A DNA stretch of 64,000 nucleotides, from NCBI GenBank assembly GCA_963753085.1, contig CAVWBF010000015.1, positions 25,821 to 89,820 of the forward strand, read 5' to 3'. A model generated the notes under the pieces. The model had not been told where the DNA came from. It saw only the letters and a list, made by a program, of their open reading frames with translations, and did not search any database. This DNA is from an uncultured Spirochaetota bacterium. Lineage in GTDB: Bacteria > Spirochaetota > Spirochaetia > SZUA-6 > Fen-1364. The position numbers were made by a program, and so were the translations under genes. Positions 42,074 to 50,907 of the stretch are shown piece by piece (position 1 is the first letter of the stretch; every line of letters starts with the position of its first letter).

Positions 42074-44728
42074 ATGAACTGTGCCACGAAGACGCTCTTC
42101 GCGACCGCCCTCCTCGCTCTCGTCCTGACGGGAACCACCTTCGCGCAGGACCAGGGAGGAGGCGCCCAGGGAAGCGCCGCAGGCGCCCAGGGAAGCGGCG
42201 AAGCGGCCCAGGGAGCGGCGCCGGCCCCCCAGGCAGGCGGCGAAGCGGCCCAGGGAAGCGCCACAGGCGCCCAGGAATGGTACGTCGGCAAGCCCATCAA
42301 GGACTTCACGTTTACCGGGCTCGTGACGGTCAAGGCCGGCGAGCTGAAGCCCATTGTCGCACCTTACATAGGCCAGCCTTTCAGTGTTGACCCCCTGCTG
42401 TGGGAGATCGAATCCAAGCTGTACGCGCTTGACTACTTCGAGACGGTCGTTCCGAACGCTCTCCCCGCGGACGAGGCAAAGTCAGCGGTCATCATTCAGT
42501 TCGACCTCAAAGAAAGACCGCTGATCACTGATATCTCGATCGTCGGGAACAGCGGGATCCGCACAGCAGACATCACGGACAAGATACTCCTCAAGAAAGG
42601 TGACCTGGCCAACCAGACAAAGCTCCAGGCGGACATCGAGGCGGTCCACTCCCTCTACCTGGAGAAGGGCTACTCGGACGCGGACGTCAAGGCAAGCTTC
42701 GTTCCCGGGGAAAAAGACAACACGGTCCGCGCCGTGTTCACCATCAACGAGGGGCTGGCCACCACGATCAAGGAAATACGGTTCTCGGGCAACCATTTTG
42801 CCTCTGAGAGCACGCTTCGCGGGCTGATGAAGACAAAGCCGCCCTCTCTTTTCGATTCTGGGGTCTTCCAGGAATCCAAGATTGAGGATGACAAGGCGGC
42901 AATCGTCGCTTACTACACGGATCACGGGTTCGTGGACGCCAAAGTGGACCAGGTTACCCGCGAGGTTTCGAAGCAGGAAGGAAAGAACGCGCTCATCCTC
43001 ACCGTCTACATCACCGAGGGTGACCAGTGGAACTACGGCGGGCTGAACATATCGGGGAACCAGATCTTCTCCACGAAGCGGCTCCTGGAGCTCGTCACGC
43101 AGAAACCGGGCAAGACGCTGAGCGTCCAGAAGCTCCAGGCGGACATCGGTCGGATCCAGGACCTGTACTACGAGAACGGATACATCTTCAACACGTTCGA
43201 GCGCAAGGAAAACAGGGACGACGCCGCAAAGACCATCACGTACACTCTGAACGTCGGAGAGATGGACAAGGCCCACATCGAGAACATCATCTTCAAGGGC
43301 AACACGAAGACAAAAGAATACGTGCTGCGCCGGGAGCTGCCCTTCGAGGAGGGGGAGGTGTTCAACAAGGAGAAGATCATCGAGGGGTACCGCAACCTCG
43401 TCAACCTGCAGTATTTCAAGACAGTGCAACCTGAAACTCCCCAGGGCTCAGCGGTCGGTCTCATGAACGTGGTCTTCAATGTGGAAGAGGCGAGCACTGC
43501 GGACATCAACTTCGGCATTACTTTCTCCGGCGCCCAGAACCTGGGAGACTTCCCTATTTCGGGAGTCATCAAGTGGAACGAGCGGGACTTCATGGGAAGA
43601 GGCCAGACGGTCGGCATTGACCTGGAAGCTTCCCCCATCAAGCAGATTGTCTCTTTGACGTTCCAGGAGCCGTGGCTCCTGGCGCAGCGCTGGTCCGTGG
43701 GCGCTTCCCTCTCGTTCGACCATTCGAACGAGCAGAACGTGCTGATGGACCTCCTTCCGCCGATCTTCAGCGACGTCCAGGCGCCCAATGCCGCACCTGA
43801 CCCCTTCGCGACCCGCCAGGACTACCTGAACGCTCTCGAGGCCGGGCAGAGCATCCCGCCGCAGTACCTGATGCGCTACGATGCGTACGACATCATCCTG
43901 GGGCTCAATACCGGCTACAAGTTCATGACGCCCCTGGGCTTCCTCGGGTTCAGCGGCGGATACACGCCGACCCTGCGTTTCATCAGCTATGATGAAAGCC
44001 TCTACCGGCCCTTCGAGGTGACGGTCCGTGACAACAACCACCGTTGGAGCTTCATCGACTCCGTTTCAGGAAGCGTGTACCTGGACGGGCGCGATATCTA
44101 CTGGAACCCCACGCGCGGGTACTACATCGGCCAGGCGGTGACCTACACGGGGGGAATCATCTTCGGGGACCGCGACTACCTTCGAACGGATTCTACGCTC
44201 GAGGGGTACCTGACCCTTCTGAACCTTCCGGTGACTGAGGGCTGGAGCCTCATGTTCGTGCTGGCCGCGCATTCCGCGCTGTCGATGATCCTCCCCACCT
44301 ACTCGTTCAATTCCCTGACGGGGCAGTGGGGATTCCAGACAGTGACCGACGACACGGACCTGCTGTACATCGACGGCATGACGGTGGGACGGGGTTGGCG
44401 GGTCCTCTACGGCAATGCTCTCTGGGACAACAAGTTCGAGCTTCGCATGCCCATAGCCAAGGATTACGTGTGGGCCGTCGGCTTCTTCGACGCGGCTGCG
44501 CTCTGGCCGGATTCCACCTTCATTACGAACGGGAACCTCGACAATTATTACTTCTCGCTCGGCCTCGGGGTACGCTTCGTCATCCCGCAGTTTCCCATCC
44601 GCATCTATCTTGCGCGGACCTTCAAGATCGACAACGCGGGGAACGTCAACTGGCAGCCCGGGGATTTCAGCCTGGGCGGCCTGGGCCTGAAGTTCGTCAT
44701 CTCGCTGGGCGGAGGCACCCTGTTCTAG
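42074..44728 (+). CDS. bamA: outer membrane protein assembly factor BamA
   Basis: ORF 42023..44728, using ATG 42074 after AAAGGAG. Signal peptide, POTRA-like repeats (IKEIRFSGN, IENIIFKGNTKTKEYVLRREL). C-terminal beta-barrel ending in an aromatic residue (LGGGTLF). Confidence 0.9.
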   Translation: MNCATKTLFATALLALVLTGTTFAQDQGGGAQGSAAGAQGSGEAAQGAAPAPQAGGEAAQGSATGAQEWYVGKPIKDFTFTGLVTVKAGELKPIVAPYIGQPFSVDPLLWEIESKLYALDYFETVVPNALPADEAKSAVIIQFDLKERPLITDISIVGNSGIRTADITDKILLKKGDLANQTKLQADIEAVHSLYLEKGYSDADVKASFVPGEKDNTVRAVFTINEGLATTIKEIRFSGNHFASESTLRGLMKTKPPSLFDSGVFQESKIEDDKAAIVAYYTDHGFVDAKVDQVTREVSKQEGKNALILTVYITEGDQWNYGGLNISGNQIFSTKRLLELVTQKPGKTLSVQKLQADIGRIQDLYYENGYIFNTFERKENRDDAAKTITYTLNVGEMDKAHIENIIFKGNTKTKEYVLRRELPFEEGEVFNKEKIIEGYRNLVNLQYFKTVQPETPQGSAVGLMNVVFNVEEASTADINFGITFSGAQNLGDFPISGVIKWNERDFMGRGQTVGIDLEASPIKQIVSLTFQEPWLLAQRWSVGASLSFDHSNEQNVLMDLLPPIFSDVQAPNAAPDPFATRQDYLNALEAGQSIPPQYLMRYDAYDIILGLNTGYKFMTPLGFLGFSGGYTPTLRFISYDESLYRPFEVTVRDNNHRWSFIDSVSGSVYLDGRDIYWNPTRGYYIGQAVTYTGGIIFGDRDYLRTDSTLEGYLTLLNLPVTEGWSLMFVLAAHSALSMILPTYSFNSLTGQWGFQTVTDDTDLLYIDGMTVGRGWRVLYGNALWDNKFELRMPIAKDYVWAVGFFDAAALWPDSTFITNGNLDNYYFSLGLGVRFVIPQFPIRIYLARTFKIDNAGNVNWQPGDFSLGGLGLKFVISLGGGTLF
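42150..42275 (+). repeat. imperfect tandem coding repeat (A-Q-G-S/A units) at the BamA mature N-terminus
   Basis: Encodes GGGAQGSAAGAQGSGEAAQGAAPAPQAGGEAAQGSATGAQ. The nucleotide unit GCGCCCAGGGAAGCG or GCGGCCCAGGGA recurs five times. Confidence 0.5.
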
Positions 44729-44744
44729 GATGAGGAGGTCTCAG

Positions 44745-45293
44745 ATGAGAAAGCTCTTTGCGGCCCTCGCGGCAGGCATGGTCCTTTCACTTCCCGTGGC
44801 CGCCCAGCAGGTCACCAAGGTGGGCATCTGCGACTTCACGCGCGTCCTCAGCACCGCCTACAAGGAATCCAAGGCCTACCGGGATTACGACGCGGCCAGG
44901 GCCGACTATACCAAGGAGATCACGGCCACCACGAGGGACATCACGGACCTCGAAAACCAGAAGCTGGATGCAGACAAGGCAGGCAACCAGGATCTCTCCC
45001 TCACCCTGGAAAAGAAAATCGGGGACAAGAAAGCGTACCTGGAGAATTACCGCCGCGTGAAGCTTGCCATCCTCCAGCAGCAGGCTGACAAGCTTCTGAG
45101 CGGCCCGGTCCTCAAGGAGATCATGGACGTGGTCAACTACATAGCGGAGGGAGACGGCTACGCCCTGGTGCTGCGGAGTGACGGCGACTTCGGGGCCGGA
45201 ATCCTCTACCGCATCATGGAGATCGACATCACCGACAAGGTGATCAAGGAGCTTTTCAACCGGGCCGGAAAAACCTATACCGGGGGACAATGA
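44745..45293 (+). CDS. skp: OmpH/Skp-family periplasmic chaperone
   Basis: ORF 44730..45293, using ATG 44745 which lies 6 nt after GAGGAGG. Signal peptide. Coiled-coil-like central region rich in K, E, D and Q. Position after bamA. Confidence 0.75.
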   Translation: MRKLFAALAAGMVLSLPVAAQQVTKVGICDFTRVLSTAYKESKAYRDYDAARADYTKEITATTRDITDLENQKLDADKAGNQDLSLTLEKKIGDKKAYLENYRRVKLAILQQQADKLLSGPVLKEIMDVVNYIAEGDGYALVLRSDGDFGAGILYRIMEIDITDKVIKELFNRAGKTYTGGQ

Positions 45294-45710
45294 GTGGGGA
45301 GAATCCTGGGGGTGGACCTGGGCACGAAGCGCGTCGGCCTGGCCATCACGGATCCCCTGCGGACCTTCGGTTCTCCGCTTTCGACAATTCCCCTCGTTTC
45401 TGAAAAAGCCATTGTCGAAGAGATTGTGAAGGTATGCGCCGAGCGCGGCGTGGACCTCATTGTCATTGGCATGCCCTACGAGGCAGACGGCACTGAAGGA
45501 AAGGGCTGCGCCCGTGCTCGCCGGATACAGGAAAAACTGGCCGCCCGCGGACTGACGGCGGTCCTGCACGACGAAGCCTGGACAAGCCGGGACGCCGAGG
45601 ATGCGCTCCGGGAGGCTGGGAAAAACCGCCGCAATGCAAAGGAAGCCGTGGACAGGATTGCCGCCTCCCTCATCCTGCGCGACTACCTGGATCACCCGGC
45701 CGGCACCTGA
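45294..45710 (+). CDS. ruvX: Holliday-junction-resolvase-like pre-16S rRNA nuclease RuvX (YqgF)
   Basis: GTG immediately after the skp stop. ILGVDLGTKRVGLAITD and LIVIGMPYEADGTEG motifs. Confidence 0.85.
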   Translation: MGRILGVDLGTKRVGLAITDPLRTFGSPLSTIPLVSEKAIVEEIVKVCAERGVDLIVIGMPYEADGTEGKGCARARRIQEKLAARGLTAVLHDEAWTSRDAEDALREAGKNRRNAKEAVDRIAASLILRDYLDHPAGT

Positions 45711-45751
45711 CCTTTCTTCGCCGGGCTTCCCCGTACTATACTTTCCATCCC

Positions 45752-48355
45752 ATGGCCGAGCTCACCCCGATGATGGCTCAGTACAGAAGCGTCAAGGAGC
45801 GTTTCTCCGATTCCATCCTCTTCTTCCGCCTGGGCGATTTCTACGAGATGTTCGAGAAGGACGCAATCGAGGCCTCCTCCCTCCTGGACCTGACCCTCAC
45901 GCAGAGGGCGGGAGTCCCCATGTGCGGCGTTCCCTACCACGCCGCGGCCTCCTACATTTCGCGCCTCCTGTCCGCCGGCAGGAAGGTCGCGATCTGCGAG
46001 CAGGCCCCCGGGCCCGGCAAGGGGTTGATGAGCAGGGACGTGCAGGAGGTGATCACCCCGGGAACCGTGCTGGATGACGGGCTGCTCACGAGGGCGGCCA
46101 ACAATTATCTGCTTGCCGTGGCGAGGGTGGGAGAATCACTGGCACTGGCCTACGCGGATGTTTCAACGGGAGAGTTCGCGGCCACTGCGTTTCCCGTGGC
46201 GGTTCGAGAGCAGGTCCTGAAACGGGAGCTCCATCGCCTCGAGCCAAGGGAAGTGATCACCCAGGAATCTCTTCTCGTGGAGGACGCATTCCTCCGCGAC
46301 CTCCTGGGGGAAAAGGAAGGCCTCCTGGTCAACCGCCTTCCTGACTGGAGCTTCGACGCAGGGACCTGCAGGAAGCGCCTCGAGCGGCAGCTCGGGGTGG
46401 CAAACCTGAAGGGGTATGGCCTCGACGAGGGCTCCCCCGAGGTTGTGGCCGCCGGGGTCCTCCTGGAGTATCTCGGGGAGACTGCCAAGCGCGCGCTGGA
46501 CCACATGACAACGCTCACCATCTACGCGGACAGGAGCTTCGTCGCCCTGGACGAGGCGTCACAGCGGAACCTGGAGCTTGTCGCCAACCTGCAGGATGGA
46601 AGCCGAAAGTTCAGCCTCCTTTCCGTGCTCGACCAGACTCGGACTTCCCCCGGCGCCCGCAGGCTGAAGCGATGGATCCTGACTCCGCTCAAGGACCTTG
46701 CGGCCATCCAACGCCGCCTGGAAGCGGTTGAGTCCCTCTATCATGAACAAGTCCTCCTCTCGCGGCTGCGGGGGATGCTGGGATCTGTCCTTGACCTGGA
46801 GCGCCTGACGGCACGCGTGGCAATGGACAAGGCCAACGCGAAGGATCTCCTGGCCATCTCTTCCAGCCTGGAAGCCGTGCTGGCTATCGGTGAGATCCTC
46901 TCCAGGGCAGGGCTGGACACCCTGTCAGGTCCCCTCCTGGTCCACGAGGGGAAAATGAGGGACCTGGCCGGGCTCCTTGGCCGGGCAATATGCGAGGAGC
47001 CGGCAATTGCGCTGAACGAAGGGAACCTCATCCGCCGTGGCTACGACGATGAGCTGGATCGGCTGCACGAGCTGAAGGACAACGCGCGGGGGATCCTGGA
47101 AAAGTACCTGGAAGAAGAAAGGGCGGCGACCGGCATAGGCTCACTGAAGCTGCGATACAACAGGATCATCGGGTACTATTTCGAAGTCACGAAGTCCAAC
47201 CTTTCCTCCGTGCCTTCGCGGTTCATCCGGCGCCAGTCTCTTGTCGGCGGGGAGCGCTTCACGACGGACCGGCTCGCGGAGCTGGAGTCGGAGATCAACG
47301 ACGCTTCGGAGAGAGTGGTGGAGATCGAAAGGACCCTGTTCCTCCAGGTGCGCGCCGTTGTGAAGGAGGGTGTCCCCTGGCTGCTGGAGCTCTGCCAGTC
47401 GGTCTCCGAGCTGGACGTGTTCCAGTCCCTGGCCTTCGCGGCCACCGTGCACGGCTACACAAAGCCCGTCCTGGGCGACGACGCAGGGATGGTCATCCGG
47501 GACGGCAGGCATCCCGTCGTGGAAGCACACCTTCCGGGGGGTGGCTTCGTTCCGAACAGCCTCGATCTGCCCTCGGGCGGAAAATCCTTCGTCATCCTGA
47601 CCGGCCCCAATATGGCGGGCAAGTCAACATTCCTGCGCCAGGTTGCGCTGATCACGCTCATGGCGCAGATGGGGTCTTTTGTGCCGGCAGCAGAGGCGAG
47701 GATCGGGCTGGTGGACAGCATCTTCTGCAGGGTGGGAGCATCCGACAACCTGGCGCGCGGAGAGTCCACATTCCTCGTAGAAATGAACGAGACCGCACAC
47801 ATCCTGAGGGCTGCCACCGGCAAAAGCCTTCTCATCATGGACGAGATCGGCAGGGGCACGAGCACGAGCGACGGGCTTGCGATCGCGCGGGCAGTCTGCC
47901 TGTACATCCTGGAGCGCATCGGCGCGCGGACCTTGTTTGCCACGCACTTCCACGAGCTGACGGACCTGGAGCATCCGGGGATCGTCAATCTGTCCATGGA
48001 CGTTCGGGACCAGGACGGGGAAATCGTCTTTCTGAAGCGGGTCCGGGAGGGACCTTCGAGCAACTCCTATGGCATCCATGTTGCGAAGCTCGCGGGGCTG
48101 CCGGCCGAGGTTCTGGCGCAGGCAGAGACCCTCCTGGGCCAGCCGGGCGGGGAGCCACCGCTGGCGCGGCGCGCTTCGACACCGGCGGCCGCCCCAGCGG
48201 CTGCGGCCTCGGCATTCCAGGGTGAGCTTTTCTCCGCTGAGGAGCTTGTCATCAGGGAGATCCGCGGCCTTCCCCTGGATTCGACCACTCCCCTGGAGGC
48301 TATCAACCGGATCTCGCGTTGGAAGAAAGAGCTCGACGGGGACGGCCGGGAGTGA
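45752..48355 (+). CDS. mutS: DNA mismatch repair protein MutS
   Basis: TPMMAQYRSVKERFSDSILFFRLGDFYEMF N-terminus. Walker A GPNMAGKST. STFLVEM, DEIGRGTSTSDG, ATHFHEL. Confidence 0.95.
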   Translation: MAELTPMMAQYRSVKERFSDSILFFRLGDFYEMFEKDAIEASSLLDLTLTQRAGVPMCGVPYHAAASYISRLLSAGRKVAICEQAPGPGKGLMSRDVQEVITPGTVLDDGLLTRAANNYLLAVARVGESLALAYADVSTGEFAATAFPVAVREQVLKRELHRLEPREVITQESLLVEDAFLRDLLGEKEGLLVNRLPDWSFDAGTCRKRLERQLGVANLKGYGLDEGSPEVVAAGVLLEYLGETAKRALDHMTTLTIYADRSFVALDEASQRNLELVANLQDGSRKFSLLSVLDQTRTSPGARRLKRWILTPLKDLAAIQRRLEAVESLYHEQVLLSRLRGMLGSVLDLERLTARVAMDKANAKDLLAISSSLEAVLAIGEILSRAGLDTLSGPLLVHEGKMRDLAGLLGRAICEEPAIALNEGNLIRRGYDDELDRLHELKDNARGILEKYLEEERAATGIGSLKLRYNRIIGYYFEVTKSNLSSVPSRFIRRQSLVGGERFTTDRLAELESEINDASERVVEIERTLFLQVRAVVKEGVPWLLELCQSVSELDVFQSLAFAATVHGYTKPVLGDDAGMVIRDGRHPVVEAHLPGGGFVPNSLDLPSGGKSFVILTGPNMAGKSTFLRQVALITLMAQMGSFVPAAEARIGLVDSIFCRVGASDNLARGESTFLVEMNETAHILRAATGKSLLIMDEIGRGTSTSDGLAIARAVCLYILERIGARTLFATHFHELTDLEHPGIVNLSMDVRDQDGEIVFLKRVREGPSSNSYGIHVAKLAGLPAEVLAQAETLLGQPGGEPPLARRASTPAAAPAAAASAFQGELFSAEELVIREIRGLPLDSTTPLEAINRISRWKKELDGDGRE

Positions 48356-49029
48356 AGTGGGGCGGAGAGATCCTCGAGATACTTTTTCCCGGCCGCTGCC
48401 TTCTGTGCGGCAGGTGGCTGTTGGGAGCCGGCTCGGGTGGAGCGCCTGTATGCGGGGAATGCCTTTGCGCCCTGGCGCCCATCCAGGGGCGGCGCTGTGA
48501 AATTTGCGGTACCCCGCTTGTCTCGGAGCTGAAAACCTGCACGCGATGCAGGAGCGCTGATTTTGCCTTTGCGACCCACAGGTCGCTTTTTGTTTACGCC
48601 GGCGCAGCTCGCGACCTCATCGCGAGCCTGAAGTTCGAAAAGAGATCCCGTCTCTCGGCGACCTTCGCGGATATCCTGGCGCCGCGTATCCTTGCCGACC
48701 ATGCAGGCATCCCGGTTGTCCCGGTGCCCGGCCGATCCCCGACTGATGCAGTTGAGCTCATCTCGCGACAGCTCCGTGCGCGGCACGGGATTCCCGTGCT
48801 CAGGCTGCTGAGGAGGTCGGGGGGTCTGCAGCAGAAGACCCTGGACCTGCAGGAGCGGAGGAAAAACCTCCGTGGGAAGGTACAGCTGGCCGATGGTACG
48901 GTCCCCGCTGAGGCAGTTCTCTTTGACGATATCTTCACGACCGGCGCCACCGCCGACACGTGCGCAAGGGTGCTGATGGCGGGCGGCTGCGGGAAAGTGT
49001 CGGTTGTGAGCATCGCTATGGAGGAGTAG
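48352..49029 (+). CDS. comF: ComF family protein (phosphoribosyltransferase domain with N-terminal Cys-rich zinc-binding region)
   Basis: ORF 48319..49029. GTG 48352 overlaps the mutS stop (GTGA). CLLCG...CGECL...CEICG...CTRC cysteine pairs. PRT motif VLFDDIFTTGATA. Confidence 0.75.
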   Translation: MKWGGEILEILFPGRCLLCGRWLLGAGSGGAPVCGECLCALAPIQGRRCEICGTPLVSELKTCTRCRSADFAFATHRSLFVYAGAARDLIASLKFEKRSRLSATFADILAPRILADHAGIPVVPVPGRSPTDAVELISRQLRARHGIPVLRLLRRSGGLQQKTLDLQERRKNLRGKVQLADGTVPAEAVLFDDIFTTGATADTCARVLMAGGCGKVSVVSIAMEE

Positions 49030-49051
49030 GAACAGCCGGGTGCAGTCCCAG

Positions 49052-50266
49052 CTATGACACGCGCAAAAGTACCGCCCGGTAGCCGAGGCGTTTGCGATTC
49101 TCGACCATCGCAAGCCGTCCGCAGTGGGAGAGGATGCGAAAGACCTCCGTGCTCTGCGCAGCGGCTAGAAACGTCCCGCCTTGTCGCAGCAGCCCGAGCG
49201 CTGAATTGACGAGGTCGCGGTGCCAGGGAGCCTTCGGGACGGGGTGAGGCAGCGCGCAGAAAAAGTCCACGCTCCCCGGCTCCATCGCCTCCTGAAGGCC
49301 GGCCTCGTCGGAAATGAGGTGGGTCTTCAGTGCTCCTGCACCAGCTGATTCCAGGTTCCGTTCGGTGATTGCCAGCTCGAGAGCATCGCGGCCGGCGAGC
49401 GTTATTCCGCTGATTGTTGCTCCCGCCCTTTTCTGCGCGAACACAGGGAGATGCCCCTGTCCGGGATTCCAGTACAAGGCACGGCCCCGGATCTTCGAGG
49501 CCGCAAGGACGTCCTGCGCCAACTCCACCGCGTAGCCGGCCGTATCGAAATCCGGCAGGTTGTACGCGGTCTCCAGCTCGTATTCAACGCCGGAAGCTGC
49601 AAACTTCTGCCGGGTTCGAAGGTAGGGCGAAAGGTCTTCAATCGGCTGCACGAGGCTTTCATGGCCTTGCGGCAGCCGGAAATGGAAGACCACGTGCTGG
49701 CTCGTGCTTTCCACGTGGAAAAGAAGGCATCCTGACGACTGGATGGCGTCCTTTGCCAGGTCGGCCAGTGGAGAAACGATCACGACGGCCGCGGTTCCTG
49801 TTCGTGACAGGAGCCCCGGCACGGCCCGGAAGAAGCTCTCCAGGACGGGCTTGCCCGCTTTTGCCGGCAGGTTTGAGGCAATCAGGTCGAAGGTGCGCCC
49901 CGACAGGCCCCGGAAGGCGAGACCGCAATCCAGATCCGCGTTTTCAACCCCGTTGACCTTGCAGTTCTCCCTGGCAAATGCCACCGCCAGGGCGTCTCGG
50001 TCCTGAAGAAAGACTCGCGCCTGGGGAGCGGCTCGAGCAACCGCAATGCCGATGACCCCGACTCCGCACCCCTCATCCAGGACCGTCTGGATCCTGGCCA
50101 GGTCCACCCGCGCTGCAATGCTTTTCAGGAGAAGACGAGTCCCGGCATCTATGGAGAAGCTGCTGAAGAGCCCATGGGAAAGGTGGAAGGAGGACTCCAC
50201 GCCGCCGAACCTGAGCGACACGGTCTTGTTCACGTAGTCGATGGGGAACCTCGTCACCGCCAGCAT
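49052..50266 (-). CDS. class I SAM-dependent RNA methyltransferase, RsmC/RlmG-like two-lobed architecture
   Basis: GLFSSFSIDAGTRLLL (MTS-domain entry motif), SAM-binding VLDEGCGVGVIGI, and ASNLPAKAG in place of the NPPFH motif. Confidence 0.65.
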   Translation of the reverse strand: MLAVTRFPIDYVNKTVSLRFGGVESSFHLSHGLFSSFSIDAGTRLLLKSIAARVDLARIQTVLDEGCGVGVIGIAVARAAPQARVFLQDRDALAVAFARENCKVNGVENADLDCGLAFRGLSGRTFDLIASNLPAKAGKPVLESFFRAVPGLLSRTGTAAVVIVSPLADLAKDAIQSSGCLLFHVESTSQHVVFHFRLPQGHESLVQPIEDLSPYLRTRQKFAASGVEYELETAYNLPDFDTAGYAVELAQDVLAASKIRGRALYWNPGQGHLPVFAQKRAGATISGITLAGRDALELAITERNLESAGAGALKTHLISDEAGLQEAMEPGSVDFFCALPHPVPKAPWHRDLVNSALGLLRQGGTFLAAAQSTEVFRILSHCGRLAMVENRKRLGYRAVLLRVS

Positions 50267-50298
50267 CGCGTATGAGTGTATACGAACGGGTGGCGCTG

Positions 50299-50364
50299 TT
50301 GACAGGTGCCCCCTTTTTGAGGTATCTTCAGTCCAAGAAAGAGTCGGCCCAGACTCTTTTTTTT
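50299..50364 (+). promoter_or_regulatory. promoter-like boxes followed by a hairpin and T-run upstream of rimP
   Basis: TTGACA 50299-50304, an 18-nt spacer, TATCTT 50323-50328. Then AAAGAGTC (50338-50345) pairs perfectly with GACTCTTT (50352-50359) across a 6-nt loop, followed by five more T (to 50364). Confidence 0.3.
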
Positions 50365-50385
50365 GTGCGGTGGCGCCAACGCGTC

Positions 50386-50907
50386 ATGCACGGGAGAAGC
50401 GCAGTCGAAAGCTGCGGGAGAGCGGACAGATTGTATTCCCAAAGTCTTGAAAAGGCCGTGCGCGAGGTTGTGAGGCCCGTGCTCGAGGGGTCGGGGTATT
50501 CACTCGTGGACCTCACCATCGCGAGGCTCTCCGGCTCGACTCGGGTCAACGTCGTCATATACCGAAAAGAAGGCGTGGGCGTTGACGATTGCGCGGCGGT
50601 TTCCGGCATGCTCTTCCCCCGGCTGGAGACGCTGGAGGCCCTCCCTGATCCCAGCCTGGAGGTAAGCTCCCCCGGGGTGGACCGGATGCTGCGGCATCCG
50701 GAGGAATACACGATTTTCCAGGGGAAGGGAATCCGCGTCCTGGCTGGAAGGGAAACGGAGTGGGTGGCCGGCGTCATCGACCGCGTTGACGAGGGGACGC
50801 TCTGGTTGAAAAAGGGAAAGGAATCGCGGGGGTTCGCGCTTTCGGAGATACGGAAGGCGCGATTGGATTACTCTGCGGAGGTTGAGGAAGCAAGAAATGC
50901 AGTCTGA
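50386..50907 (+). CDS. rimP: ribosome maturation factor RimP
   Basis: ORF 50272..50907. ATG 50386, or TTG 50431 preceded by GGGAGAG. VRPVLEGSGYSLVDL, LEVSSPGVDRMLRHPEEY motifs. Position before nusA. Confidence 0.8.
   Translation: MHGRSAVESCGRADRLYSQSLEKAVREVVRPVLEGSGYSLVDLTIARLSGSTRVNVVIYRKEGVGVDDCAAVSGMLFPRLETLEALPDPSLEVSSPGVDRMLRHPEEYTIFQGKGIRVLAGRETEWVAGVIDRVDEGTLWLKKGKESRGFALSEIRKARLDYSAEVEEARNAV

Noticed and set aside
42150-42275. Short tandem repeats here and at 52200-52400 as possible CRISPR or VNTR arrays
   Set aside because: Both lie inside well-supported genes (bamA, nusA) in frame and encode low-complexity peptide. There is no repeat-spacer architecture and no cas genes.
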